Program-made: the position numbers and the translations under genes
Notes under the pieces: generated by a model
The model's database searches: none
What the model saw: the letters and a program-made list of their open reading frames with translations, nothing else
Told to the model about the DNA's origin: nothing
Shown here: piece after piece, positions 1-12,967 of the stretch
How positions within the stretch are numbered: the stretch's first letter is position 1
Layout of the letters: each line of letters opens with the position of its first letter
Assembly (NCBI RefSeq): GCF_001949145.1
Contig: NW_019091355.1
Coordinates: forward strand, 5,402,517-5,466,516
Direction of reading: 5' to 3'
From: Acanthaster planci
Lineage: Eukaryota
Length of the DNA: 64,000 nt

Positions 1-1928
1 GTCTCCGTCCTCATCATCCTTATTACGGTCCCAAAGAGGCCACCGGGTTGAGCAATATTAGAAGGTGCAAATCCCTGGATGTTTTTTCAAATAATGTACA
101 GCTTCCACTAATGCATGCTTCAATTTCATGCACGAATTCATTTGCTTAAAAAAAACAATCCCATGGTGCACTGCCTGATTTTGTACACATGCACAAAGAC
201 TGTGGTCAACATTGAAAATAAATGTTTAGAAAAAGTAGCACGTAGTCAGTTTCCCTATATAGTTTGTTTTAACATTTAAAATTATGTAGAAACTTTACTT
301 CTCTGTTGCTACAGTAGTTGTTCAGTTTTACATGATATATTGGTAAATAGTTCTACCTCAAACAACAAATTCTTAAAAAGAATGACTCTATTTTTTTCCA
401 TCAATTTGTGGAATTCATCAATTGTCCTTTTGTTGAAATATTCAGGATTCAGAGCTAAAAATTGCATTACATGTAAAATAGAATGCAATCATTTCTTGTT
501 CCATAATCTGAGGATGAATACATGTATGAAAGTGCATAAAACTCAAGCAATGCTGTCTGCATTATTTTAAACCTCCCAACAGCTAGTGAACGTTGGATTT
601 TCTTACCCGAAGAAGCTGCTGGGGAAGGGTCTTTGCAACCTTGCAATTGCGCTTTGGCCCCAACCAAGCACGACGCATTAATACCCGGTACATGTACGTC
701 AACTGCGGATATGAAAAAAGACTTCTTACACAAGCGTACATGTACATGTATTCATGAGCGTCATTCATAATTGCAAAAGTGCAGCTTTAAATCCTGCAAT
801 CAATCTTAGGATCATGAACTTCCAACCAAATCAAACTGACAAAGCACACTGCGCAACATCCGATGTTTGTTTCATGAAAAATGCTCTAGCATCATACAAG
901 TAACATATGGCTATCAAAAATAATACTTTGATCCATATTTATTGACTCTGTGCAGGAGAACGCCATCCGCACAACGGAGTAGGTTACAAATTCCACAATT
1001 AACATGGTACATAAGTACAGCATGCACACATTCATACTATAAAAGTTGTTACTCTGTTGTACTCTTGTACTATCAAAGTGCACATGTGCTTGAGTGAATT
1101 TTACGCGTGTACCGGTACTACTACAAATTATTCAATAGTTAAATGTGCTTTGCCAGACAGTCCAAGAGTGCAGATTACACATTTGTTTATATAAATTCTA
1201 AAATATCTGCAAAGATTATGCATTTGAACTGAGAAAGGATGCCTTCAGCAATGTTCAGACTTAAGTCACACGTATGTACAGTGTATAATTTATTTGATTA
1301 CGACACTTACATTGTATTTCATGGCACCCGTGGGATCTAGCTAAGTTACTCGTTAATATTTCAAATTTAGCAAGGAACAAATTAATAATGTAATCTAGCG
1401 GTATATTTGTTGATGGCAGACCATAAAATGGATTTCCTAAATCTACACTACCAGGCCATTCCATATCAAATCACGCTACAGCAAAGGTTCATGTTTTAGA
1501 GATCAGACATTTACATATGTTGTACCATGAATTGCCATTCGGACATTTCCTGTACAAACCAATGGGAATGTCCAATGTCAAAGAGTAAAAATGAAATTGT
1601 TGTAATATCTCGGTTTTTATTGCCACAAAGGAGATGGAAAGCCATAGCAACTTTGCAAGACAGCTTTCCTACCTGTCATTCAAGTTACAAAACTCCCATT
1701 TCATGTCTCCTTTGACTATGGTAATCTGTTGCACGCGCGAACATAATTATTGGTGTCACATGAACATACTTTATTTCATAAACTTAAAATAGCACAGAAT
1801 CTACATACATGTACCAGTATATACATGTACATGAACTGTACATAATCTGAATTTGGGACTTTTTGTTGCTTTTGCAGATTTATTCTCAGGACGCATCTGT
1901 CAACAGCAAAAGAAGTAGTGCTTTATAT

Positions 1929-2174
1929 GGGTCATTCCATGAAGTTGGGGCACAATTTGTCATGGTGTCAGTTGTTACATGGGTTCTGTAAAAATGAAAA
2001 GCTATTTCCCTGCATATGGATTCCAAATTGACATTGTTATACATCCTGCAAGGCTGAATACAGAGGGGTGTGTTTGAGTAAATGACCTACTCTGCAGGTC
2101 CTGACAGGTGGTAAAAGTTACCCATGTAACAAGGACACCATCACAAACTGTGCCCCAACCTCATGGAATGACCC
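1929..2174. mobile_element. MITE with approx. 55-bp terminal inverted repeats GGGTCATTCCATGA
   Basis: gggtcattccatgaagttggggcacaatttgt...acaaactgtgccccaacctcatggaatgaccc; AT flanks both ends. Confidence 0.8.
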
Positions 2175-5100
2175 ATACCGGTATCTTTATATTGTGATGT
2201 TCATACCGGTACATACATGTACTAGTACATGAAATAAGGCCGAGTGTCTGCATTAGTAAGCAGAAGAAGTGGGTTTGTATCACATCCTAACAAGCTTTTG
2301 AAGTTTGGTTTTTTGGCAACTCTTGGACCACTATTTAACATTAGAATACACAGTGAATATGAGCATTGGTGTAAGTCCAAAGCCTGGAGTAGAACTAATC
2401 AATTGAAGCTGAATATTGTTTTCCATTTCATAATTTATTTGTGCTATTACAATAGATTATGCAAACTACATGTACCTTCATCACAACAGAATAAATTTGA
2501 TCTGAAGCATCCAAAGAGCCTAGAGCTGAATACTTTTTAAGATTTTCCTTTAAATTAATGTACATGTACCATAAAATCTATCTTCAAATTGATCCAAATT
2601 ACACGTACAATACTTGTATTTTGAGATGGGTCACAAATTCATACAGTTACGTACATGTACAATGTATCATGTTCACTGCTGCCACAGGTAATGACAGAAA
2701 TTCATCCAGTATCCCTTAATAAATGAGGTATTTTATTCTTTCAGGAAACTGTATACTCTGTTTTTGGCTGGGTATCACTTGGCCAGTTAATGCCTTCCAT
2801 GCTGGTTGGAACAGGCAAACTACAAGGCAGCTGATGCCCTTAATTTGGTATTCTTGTCCTTCGTGGAAAATATACCCGGTGGCTTGATAACGACAAAAGC
2901 TATCATTTTGCAAATTAATTCCCTTCATTTTGATCAGAACCGGTCGGAAAGGGCAAGTTTGGTTCACGTTACAATGTCATGTACACGTACATGTACGTAC
3001 ACTGAACAATGTATATGCAATAGGCGCAGATGTAGTGTCATGTAACATCTTTCGACATGTACAGTGTACTGGAAAGTACATGTATAATATTTCAAACTGT
3101 CTTGTTCCCTAACTTTTTTCATGAAAATGGATTTGAAGTTTGGGGAGTCTTAATTGAATTTACAGGTAGACCTTGAAGAGACCACTGGAACTCAAAGAAG
3201 TCCATGAGTAGAATCAGTTACTGCATGTACATGTACCGGTATGTACATGTACATGTTTGTACACAGAGGCCGTTCTTGTCATATTCATTGTCACCAAGAC
3301 CACAACGTTTCAAACAAAACCTGCCTCTCAACTTTTAAACTGCCTGAACAGTATCTCTTGTGTTATGATTATCAGGTCCTAATGATAAACACCTAGATAC
3401 AGCTGCACCATTGTTGGCATATGAACCTCTTGACCTTTTCTGATTAAAGCAAATGACATGTTTCATCTGCTTACATTGGCCCAAAAGCACGTAATCCATT
3501 ACTTCAAACTGGTGCAGGTTAACATTTACATGTACATGTAACATTTGCATGAAATCGGTCAGAAGTATTCTAATATGATTCATAAGACCCAAAAATTTTG
3601 TTTCCTGTTTCTCAACCTACCACATTTGACAGCACCATCCTAATGTTTGTTGTTTTTTTGAGAGAAATTTTGGGTAAATATTAAATTTGAAATAGGGAGA
3701 GAAAAAACAGTTATTTACCACCTAAAGCAAACTCCCAAGTGAGAAAACTCTGAGCAAAACCCAGCTGCATGGCATGGCACTTGTTTCACAAAATGGTGGT
3801 CATACACACGTAATTGCAGAAGAAAAGGATGTACACGTACAGCGCACCACGGATGTAAAAACATTAGAATGCCAACAGAATAGAAATGTACTACACGTGT
3901 AATGTAAACAGGAAATGCGTCATGGATTATGCATTCCAGAGAATAATTTCACATGTTTTGTTTCACGCTATTATTATTCCTGTCCACTGACATAATGTTC
4001 TGAACAACCGCTGAGGAAAATATTTTACCCATGCTATGTATGTAATTAAGCATTGGCAAAACAAATGACTCACAATTTCTGTTTTCTGTACACCATAAAA
4101 ACAACACATCTTAAACAAAACAAACTTTTGGATTCTCCATGAATAAAAAAGTCTATTTGTGAGGACACTTGTTTGTGAGGATGCATGGAGTAGTGGTAGG
4201 AAGTGCAGTCTTCCCAGTGTCTGAACTGGTCCATGATGTGAAGTTTACTTGGGTACATGCTCTGTGTGACTTTCTGCTCTTCTTACCAGTGGATATGACA
4301 AAAAAGTCTAACATCTTTGTCAGGTTACTCACATTGAAAAGGACACTTTTTCAACGTTTCAAATTGTCCACGCATTTCCAAACGTGTCGTTGGTGTCAGT
4401 ACAAGAGGGCAGTTTTCGTATTGGGTAGGGTTCTGTTCAAATCGAGAACCTAACCTTTGTTCAGTTAAAGAAAATTCTAAAAAAAGTTGAATTAACAATG
4501 AATCACTAAAGTAGACAATCTTTACAACTGGTAAATATTAAAGAATCTGGCAAATTTTAGTGCCAAAATAACACTTGAGGTTTCTGCCTCAGATGACATC
4601 ACACTATTGCTCATGAATATGCAAATCAGCATTGGCATGAAAAGTTAAAAAAAGCCTAAAGGCAACAATGAAAATTACAAACTAGGTCAAATGAGACAAA
4701 GGGAACATTAAAGTATACAAGAACCGCATTAACAAACTAACACTGCATGGGCCCTTTAATCCCAACAGTCCCAAATCCTCCAATTTCAATATGATTTTAC
4801 ATACACCCTTGGGGGTTAGGGTTAAGGTATTTGAATTACAGAGTAGTACTGTGCATTTGCATGCATGGGGGTAACACAGTAACAGGGTATCTCTAGATGT
4901 AAAGTAGAAGAAACCTATCCTCTTAAGTCAAAGAAAAAGACAAAAAGCAAATTTGTTAGGTTACAACACATTTCAAACTCCAATTCTGCCTATCAACAAA
5001 CGTTGGACATTAAAGTCATGCAATGAAGCCAGGTTCTTTATACGTTCATTAATTTGTCCAAAAACCTTTCTATTTCTTTGCCTGAAGAGCTGAGTGATTT

Positions 5101-7618
5101 GCATACAGGTGGTTAGGGTACCTGGTTCAACAATATGAAACCAGTTCTTGACATCATCAGTTCTGATGCACATGTATTCCAAATGAGTACAGAAACAATT
5201 CAATATTGATCCATCACATTTTTCAAGTGTCATACATGTAAATACCACCAAGTTTACCCTACATTAAAAACCTGTTCTTCCTAGTTTCTAAACCCCCTTT
5301 CCTTGGTAATTTATCTCTCTGAAATGAACAGGCACCCATTTTAAAACTTGCTGGCATTTACAACAATTTAGAATTGTGATGGGCTTAAGTGGAATTCTTC
5401 CCTGCTACACATTTTGCCACAGACTAGAAGCTGATCTACAAAAACTTATGGTAGTTTTGCTAAAAACTGTGATGCAAAGGAAACAGATACTAGTACTTTG
5501 GCCATATCTCAAGATCCAGTAACTCTCTAAAATTTATTGTACGGGAAGTAAAAGCCAAGATGGACAACATAAAGAAATGGACCAGTTTCACCACTACATT
5601 AGCGAGAGGCCTAACAGCAGATACCAGTAGGTCAGAATGAAGGATTGGTTGCCAAAGCTCTGGCAGGGTACAGCACGTGATGATGATATGCATTTAATCT
5701 CACAGGAAGACATCAGATTGAGTAGACCCCAAACGTACACATACACCAAAAACTTCACTCACCTTCACTCACTCTTATCATAATTCCAAAATATTTCCAT
5801 AAAGTAAAATCAGAAGGTTTCGATTCAAAGCATAAGATTAGCCAGGCATATATGACAATGCATTTAAGTCCAACATTTTGAAGAGATGGATTACCCAGTA
5901 GGCCTAGTCTGGAAACATAACTGGAAGAACATGGATACATTTTTCCCTGTATTTTGTGAGAGAGAACTGGTACAGTACTGGTACATTTCAGTTGGCACAC
6001 TAGGAGCGCTTGCATGAGACTCCCTACCAGTATCATAAAACAGAAAATTACAAGAACATTTACAATTTAAGACTTTTGGACTCACCTAAGTACTGTACCT
6101 GTGTATATAGATAACGATGACATTGTATTGAATAACTGCAGGGTTAGTTTTGTGGAAAGAGGGTAGGGTTCAGATTTCAGAGGGTAATAATGGGGTATAA
6201 ATGCTGATGGTGGCATAAACGACACAAATTGGAAAATAAACAAGCCGACAGACCGACAGTGTACAAGCTGATTTAGTATCAAGAAGCCAATCTCTGACCA
6301 GTTACACAAGGTTAAAGGAAGCACACAGTCCTTTGCTGCCTCGTTGCCATAGGCTTTGTGGTAACCAACATGGCATGGTAAAATTGTACGCATGGGAATG
6401 AGGTAAGCAGTACCTCCTCACTACTAGTATCACAGTGTGTCCGTATCACAGTCATCCGTATGTGTCAAGTTGCACAGGCAGATACAGAAAAATCATGTCT
6501 ATTCTTTGAATTGACTGTTTTAAATTTACAAAAGCAGGGTTGATCGTATTAAGGAAAACATTACCTGAGGTTGCACACTTTTGGGGACCAGTCTTTTTTG
6601 TAAGAATAATAAAAGTGGAGGGGTACACAATCCCCAATGGTGCATCATCATGGAGTGCAGTTTTAATGGACGAACGCGTACTAAGCATTCTCTCATGCAC
6701 ATCATAGACGAAGAACAGCCTTCCTCCATCAGGCAGGCAATCTACATTTACACCATGCTTGCACAAAAAAACCCCAAATTTTCCAACTCTATGCAAATTA
6801 ACCCCTAGAAATCTACAAAGGACCTCCCTTACAACAGACGGATAAAATACATACCGGCACACGCCACAGGCATCATTGCACTTTACAGCCCATTTCACAA
6901 ATTTTACACAGTACTATACGTGTACCTTATGTAACTCTACTTGGGCCGAATGTCGTTACATAAGTTGCACAACCTGTGCAGAAGACAGTGACTTGTGCAA
7001 CAAATTATGACGTACATTGTACATTGTAACCCCTTACATATGTACAGACCGTATATGTACATGTAGGCAATCCTTCAAGGTGGTGTTCAAAGTTGCACAG
7101 AGTGAATTGGAAGTAAACCTTCATTCAGTGGTATCAGTTCAATGGCTGTACAAAACAAAATTTTCTTTTACCAGATCATGGCAAAATATACACTTTAGGA
7201 GGGGAATCCTCCTAAGGTGAATTCTTGCCTAATTTCCGGACTCCACCATTTTTGAAAACTGGACAAAATTTCATTACACCGAAATTTCTTCACAAAGGTT
7301 CAGCAGCATGTATTATGAAGGTTATTCAACCAAGTGAATTTGACGGGTTTTTTTGAGCAAGAAGTCTGGGAAAACTGTATGAGGAAAGTCACGTAAAAGT
7401 TAACGTGTGCCACATTAGGGGACTCTAGTGTTTTGTTTCAATGTACATGTCCATGATGGTATAGTCCTAATTTCACCACCTAATGTCAAGTCTGGTTGGT
7501 TGTGATAGCAACGGGTGAAAGAAGGGCCTGGCGACTGCATACTGTCATGGAAGTCAGCCCTCTTGTCATAAAATTGATCCTGCAGATATTCTACATGGTG
7601 TCATAATCCAGACTTTAA

Positions 7619-8206
7619 CCACTTCATCCGGGGGCATTTATGAATATTGATGATGGGGGACGGGATAATTTCCTTTTTTTCTGTTTTCAAAATTCTTTAA
7701 AAAATTCATATCTTCATTTACTGGACACTAACACCCACATGAAGGACTGTCTGGTTTTTACTCTAATCTGACAGACAACATCTATTGACACCTGAGTATT
7801 TCAGCCAGGCCTGCCGCCTTGTAAAAAGAGCCCAGATTGTGCGGTGTTATGTAAGTTTATTCTGTTCACAAACCTGCCTCAGTGCGCTGCTGACCTCTTT
7901 TCAATAGGGGCCAGATTAGCATGCAGCGGTGCTGTGTGGCTCATTGCTGTGGTGGTGGAGCGCTTTTATCCCTGGAGGTAATCCACTCACGCTAAATGCC
8001 CCAAAGCGTGGTATACAATGCAAAACAAGGCTGGATTATCTCCACTATTGAAAGTGAAAAACTGTTGGTAATGCCCAGCAGCCTGGTCTTTTGTTCCGAG
8101 TACGGTCTTTTGTTACAAGGCCCAGTTCCCTTTGTCCGATTTCAGAGACCCTGGCCACGCGTATAAAGAATACATGTCCGGTACCGGTAACCCCAGCGAC
8201 AAGTGG
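7619..8206. mobile_element. piggyBac-like non-autonomous element
   Basis: TTAA|CCACTT...GGGG and CCCC...AAGTGG|TTAA ends; degenerate TIR. Confidence 0.55.
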
Positions 8207-8450
8207 TTAATACCGGTATTAGTGCAATCTTGAACTATTCGCAAATTGATTGTACATTTACCCCCTTCCGACTAGTCCAAGTAACCTGGGCCCTACAAAT
8301 TACCTGTTTTTAACATTTGGACATGGTTGCGCAATAGTAGGGTCCAAGTACCGGTACCTTCTATACATGTAGGTTTTAGCTTCCATTAATTCATTTCACT
8401 AAAAATAGCTCATATGATCGAAATGCAAGTTACTTGGACTACCTTCAGAC

Positions 8451-9071
8451 TAGCCCCGCTAGTGTGGCACGGACTCTCACTCCCGATCCATCCTTAGCCA
8501 CACATCCATATAAGCAATTTTGTGTCGGCGTATTGAACATTTTGGTGCACCAACTTATTATCGTGGGTGCAATTTCTTTTGCACAAGAACATGATTCTTG
8601 ACCTTTCCGCTTTCTAAAAACCATTTACTGAATGATTTCACTCACGTTATTCAGGTATTTTCCAGTCCTTTTGCCTTTATCCATTCAATCTAACAGGCTC
8701 GCTCTCATAGTCGCCATCTTTAAAATAAGGCCGTTGAACATTACATCACTTGATCCCTCATCGTTTCGACGGCTCTTCCATGTCAAGACATCTAAACTGC
8801 TGCCAAAGATTTGGAAGAGCCCATTGGTACATGTACATGTAGTATCTTACCGTTCAGTCTGTGTATTACATACATGTATGTCTTGACATGGAACAGCCAT
8901 CAAGACGATGAGGGGTCAAGTGACGTAATGTTCACTGACCTTATTTTATAGATGGCGACTGTGAGAGCGAGCCTGTTAGATTAAATGGATAAAGGCAAAA
9001 AGACTGGAAAATACGGATGTGTGGCTAAGGATGGATCGGGAGTAAGAGTCCGTGCCACACTAGTGGGGCTA
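8451..9071. mobile_element. Foldback MITE with long (approx. 190 bp) inverted arms and a 9-bp TSD
   Basis: 8451-8510 plus 8655-8791 are the reverse complement of 8878-9071; flanks ccttcagac / ccttctgac. Confidence 0.85.
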
Positions 9072-9719
9072 CCTTCTGACCTGATTATCCTAGTACATGT
9101 AGGCCTAGACCTGTAAACAGGGCCCGATGTATACTCCTTCGCCAGTATATGATGAAGGAGCATACATGTACGTCGGGCCCAGTTTACGACGAGTCTAATG
9201 TAGGCTGAGCCTATGAATGGATGTTATTCAAAGGCGAATCAACTCTGGATGGAGATGGAATACAATAAATGGAGGTAGGCCTACGTGTAGAAACACCTCA
9301 AAATTTTAGAAGTATTTTTCAGTTCTATTTATTTTAATATGGAAATGACAGGTTTGCAACTAACAGTTTAAGCTCAAAACGCTCATTATATGTATGCACA
9401 AGGGACCCATATTCACAAGCTTAGCTTCTTTTGGGCCCCCCTCAGTCTTCACTCTCTTGTCGAACCATTTTTGTAGATATTATGTACATATATTTATTTG
9501 TGAACACTGTGAAATAAAATGAATGAAACTGCCTAGGCCAACAAAATCCAAGGGTCACTGACACTGACTGCATCACAACCCTAGGCTATGTTAAGCAAGC
9601 CTCCTCCCTGGGCTTCTTCTTAGCAGTTTAAGTGGGATTTAGCCTGTTAGTGAGTGCTCAGAACATGCAGGAAGCCGCCTCAAGTCTCGTACTTGTCATA
9701 GGCCTACTGTCTATGTATT

Positions 9720-10140
9720 CTCACGGAACAGATGCAGTACGCCTATGTCATTGCACGGACATAACGGAGAATACTGAATAGGCCTACCTCATGCGGCAAC
9801 CGGCAAAGGACATTAAAGAGAAAACTTACTAAATTAAGTCACAGCTATTCAGCCTTGCTTGTTTCCCCATACGGCATGGATGAGATCCGGTCGAAATTCT
9901 CAAATTTATCTGCAAAGAGTTGACCGCAGCAGGTGGTTCGTCTACAAAAGCACAGCACACACTGTCACTAAACCCTACATTGTAGCTGACATCGACAGCC
10001 CGGCGCGGCGGCCAGCTGCTGGTAAACAAAATCCATGCCGCAACCGCTATCGAGTCAATAGAGGGCGTTATAACAAATTAACAGGCACCGGAACTTCATG
10101 AAGTGGGCATCAAACTTGAGGGCTTTACTCGTCCAATGAA
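9720..10140 (-). promoter_or_regulatory. CpG-rich promoter or first-exon-like block of an unidentified gene, probably running leftwards
   Basis: CpG cluster, ACCGGAA ETS-like site near 10087, minus-strand donor gtaagt at 9824-9829. Confidence 0.4.
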
Positions 10141-10547
10141 AATCTCAGAGGTTAGCACAGACAATTGACAAAACAAAGGCATCCAACCAACCAGGTGCCC
10201 CAACCCCACCCAACCAGTGACGTACACTGTTGTGAAATAGAGCCTTGGTGTGTACATTTTTTTTTCGGTGGTAAATAATCCTAAGTTCATTTTTAAAGTG
10301 CAATGACTGTTTGTAGCACCTTTCAGAGTCCCACCCTCTGCAAACAGAACCTTTATGAACAAATGAATTGAAAGTGAAGTTTATACCTGGTATGTTCTTG
10401 TTCTGTGATATTTCATAATTAGAGAAATACTGTGTGATTTTCAAATGGATATATCACATTGTGGAAATAACCTCTTAACTTGAAGATTTTAGAGGTGGGG
10501 ACCTAGGGGAAAACAATAACAGAGAGAATGAATATATTGATTTCATT

Positions 10548-10553
10548 TTTATT
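10548..10553 (-). terminator. Candidate polyadenylation signal for GGCX (implies a 3' UTR of about 2.3 kb)
   Basis: AATAAA on the minus strand after a long U-rich tract and just before the next CpG-rich promoter-like block. Confidence 0.4.
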
Positions 10554-12837
10554 ATTTCTTATTTAAGAGCATTATCAAGCGAGTATCATGAATTCAGTGA
10601 CATGAAAGTGTGGGGGCTCCTTTGAAGTTGACAAGACATAAGCAGACACGGGCCCAATTAGCAGCACAATACTTAATAGACACCTTGTAATGAACAACTG
10701 TGCAGAAACCTACTATGGACAGAAAATGACAGTTCAGTAAAGACCACATTATGTAAAACACAAAGTTAAAACCTCACAATACAATGTAACTACTACTAGA
10801 TAAAATTGTGTTTTCAACAAAATTGTTAGTCTAAACTTGGTACCCATCAATGCATGACTAGCACTAACAACCACTTCCCTTTTACAGTAAATTTTTTCCC
10901 ACATAACATTGACAAGAAATTTAAAACTTAGGAAAATAGAGAAAAAAGACAGAAGATACCCTATAACAAAATTAAATAATTTAAAATGAAATTAAATATT
11001 GGAGGCATAACTTGCTGTTGTTGCGACATGAATGGGCAAGGTAGCTATAATAGCATTTTTCTGACTACATGTGTATCAAAGTTTCACAAACTTACCACCA
11101 CAATATCACATATATTGCACATATGAGCATGAACACACATCTCTTCACAAAACAGGACAAAGTATCATAATACATATTAATTACATATTGAAGAACAAAA
11201 ATATATATAGATTTCTTTACGGTATTGTGACATCAATGGGCAAGTTGTATCACACTCGAAGTGATACAGTAAGAACACTTTTGTACAAGAACTAATCTAC
11301 TGCACATCTACTGGGGTAAGTGTACATGCACATATTTAAGCATTTCATGAATAAATCAAACCTACTTCAGTGAAGTGAATTAGCTCGGCAAGACATTGCA
11401 AATATACATGCACCTACATGTATTACTGCCACTGGGGGCACTCTTTACCTTACAGTGAGGACCGTGAGTGGAGAAAAAGAGGGTCCTATATCTCAGAGCC
11501 ACGCACCAAGAGACTATGATCTATCTAGCAGTTCCAAAGGATGCATTAGTGGGATAAATGCAATTAGGCCTATCAAACTAAGTCCGTGGATTAGTTTTTT
11601 TCCACAGGATGTTTAGTCACTGGTGAATGTGCCGCTAAAAATACAACCTTTGCTTTTGTTACATTATCAACAAAGGATGCACCCCTAGGAAGGTCAAATC
11701 TTTTGCCGCCCTGGGACAATGAGCAGCTTTTACCAATGTAACATTCCCCCTCAAGATTCTCTTATGGTTGGTGACAGGACCAATTGGCCCTGGATATTTG
11801 AGGGGTTTTAAAATTAGGTGTCACTAGGCTGAAGTAAGCTGTGAGACTTGTGGCAGCAACTACTTTCTGTCATTACTTCTTCGGTCAAGGTGCACTGTCC
11901 GTGTTCTTGGGCTGTGACACCTTGAAAAATAGATTTTCAACTTGAATGGATAATTTTCAAGGATAGCATCTGCTATGGGCTTTTTCACTTGAAAAAGAAT
12001 GGTCCATGATTGGTCAAGTAACAACTAATCATCAATTTTGGAGGATTTGCATAAGAAGGCAGGCTGGAGCTAGAGTGAGCATGTCTGTTTGGGAACGGGT
12101 ATACGAATAACAATCTCAACACAACACAACAGAAGCGTATGTACTCTATGTGCAGTGTTGAAAGCAAGTGGTCACTATGCAATCGCTCGCGTGCGAGATT
12201 TGCTCAGAGAAGACAATCAATGTTTTAAAAAAGCCAGGTCAATACAGCTTTTAACAGATCCAATATCGACATGCATCTTTTCATCCTGTCAAACCTAAGT
12301 ACTGAAGTTGCTGACAACCAAGATTGATGTTTTGGCAGACAACTTCAACCTCATTTGCGGGTAGCTGATCATGGCAGTTTTGCACATCTTGGATGCTCCC
12401 TCTGACCAGCTAAAATCTCTCAATTCACTGTTGCATTATTGGCAAGATCTGACGCAGATAACAGAAGAGTTTTTTCCTTTTGCACTTCAAGTTCACAGGC
12501 ACTTCACACTTTTTTGGCATAATTTTAAAGGCCCTTCGAACAGCACATTTGGTTACAGAATAATTTTCAATTAAGACACTGTACAACAACACTCCCTTTA
12601 ATTTGAGTCTCATGGGCAAGTATTCTCCAGGACAGACAATAATAGATTAATTATACCCTTCTCCACAGTACATTCTCATGCTCAGGCCAAAGGTCAAGAG
12701 TGAGTTCGGAGTTCATCACCACGGTGTGTATGTTTCAAGGTTCCTGGTGTTTTTGAGACCACATTGCTTTGAGAGCCAAGTGCAATGATTCCCTGGTTGT
12801 TAAGCTTATAGGGTCAAAGGTCACCGCAAAGAAAAGT

Positions 12838-12967
12838 TCAGAGTTCATCGTCAGGGTGTGAAGGTTGGTCCACTGGTGTCTGGTCTTGTTCAGGTAACGG
12901 TATCGGTTCGATCACAGAGTTCATCCCTAGCAGTATGTGACCCAAGGCTTGTGCAGTCATTTGGAAG
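12838..12967 (-). CDS. GGCX: GGCX last coding exon ([14 protein letters not shown]...HPDDEL*)
   Basis: gttcag| acceptor, phase 2, TGA ending at 12838. Confidence 0.88.

Noticed and set aside
4762..4825. TTAGGG as telomeric repeat (also near 62545)
   Set aside because: Only one to two units, inside a short dispersed repeat shared by 4762-4825 and 62491-62553.
6452..6898. 148-aa minus-strand ORF
   Set aside because: No recognisable family; could not be spliced to any other exon with confidence.
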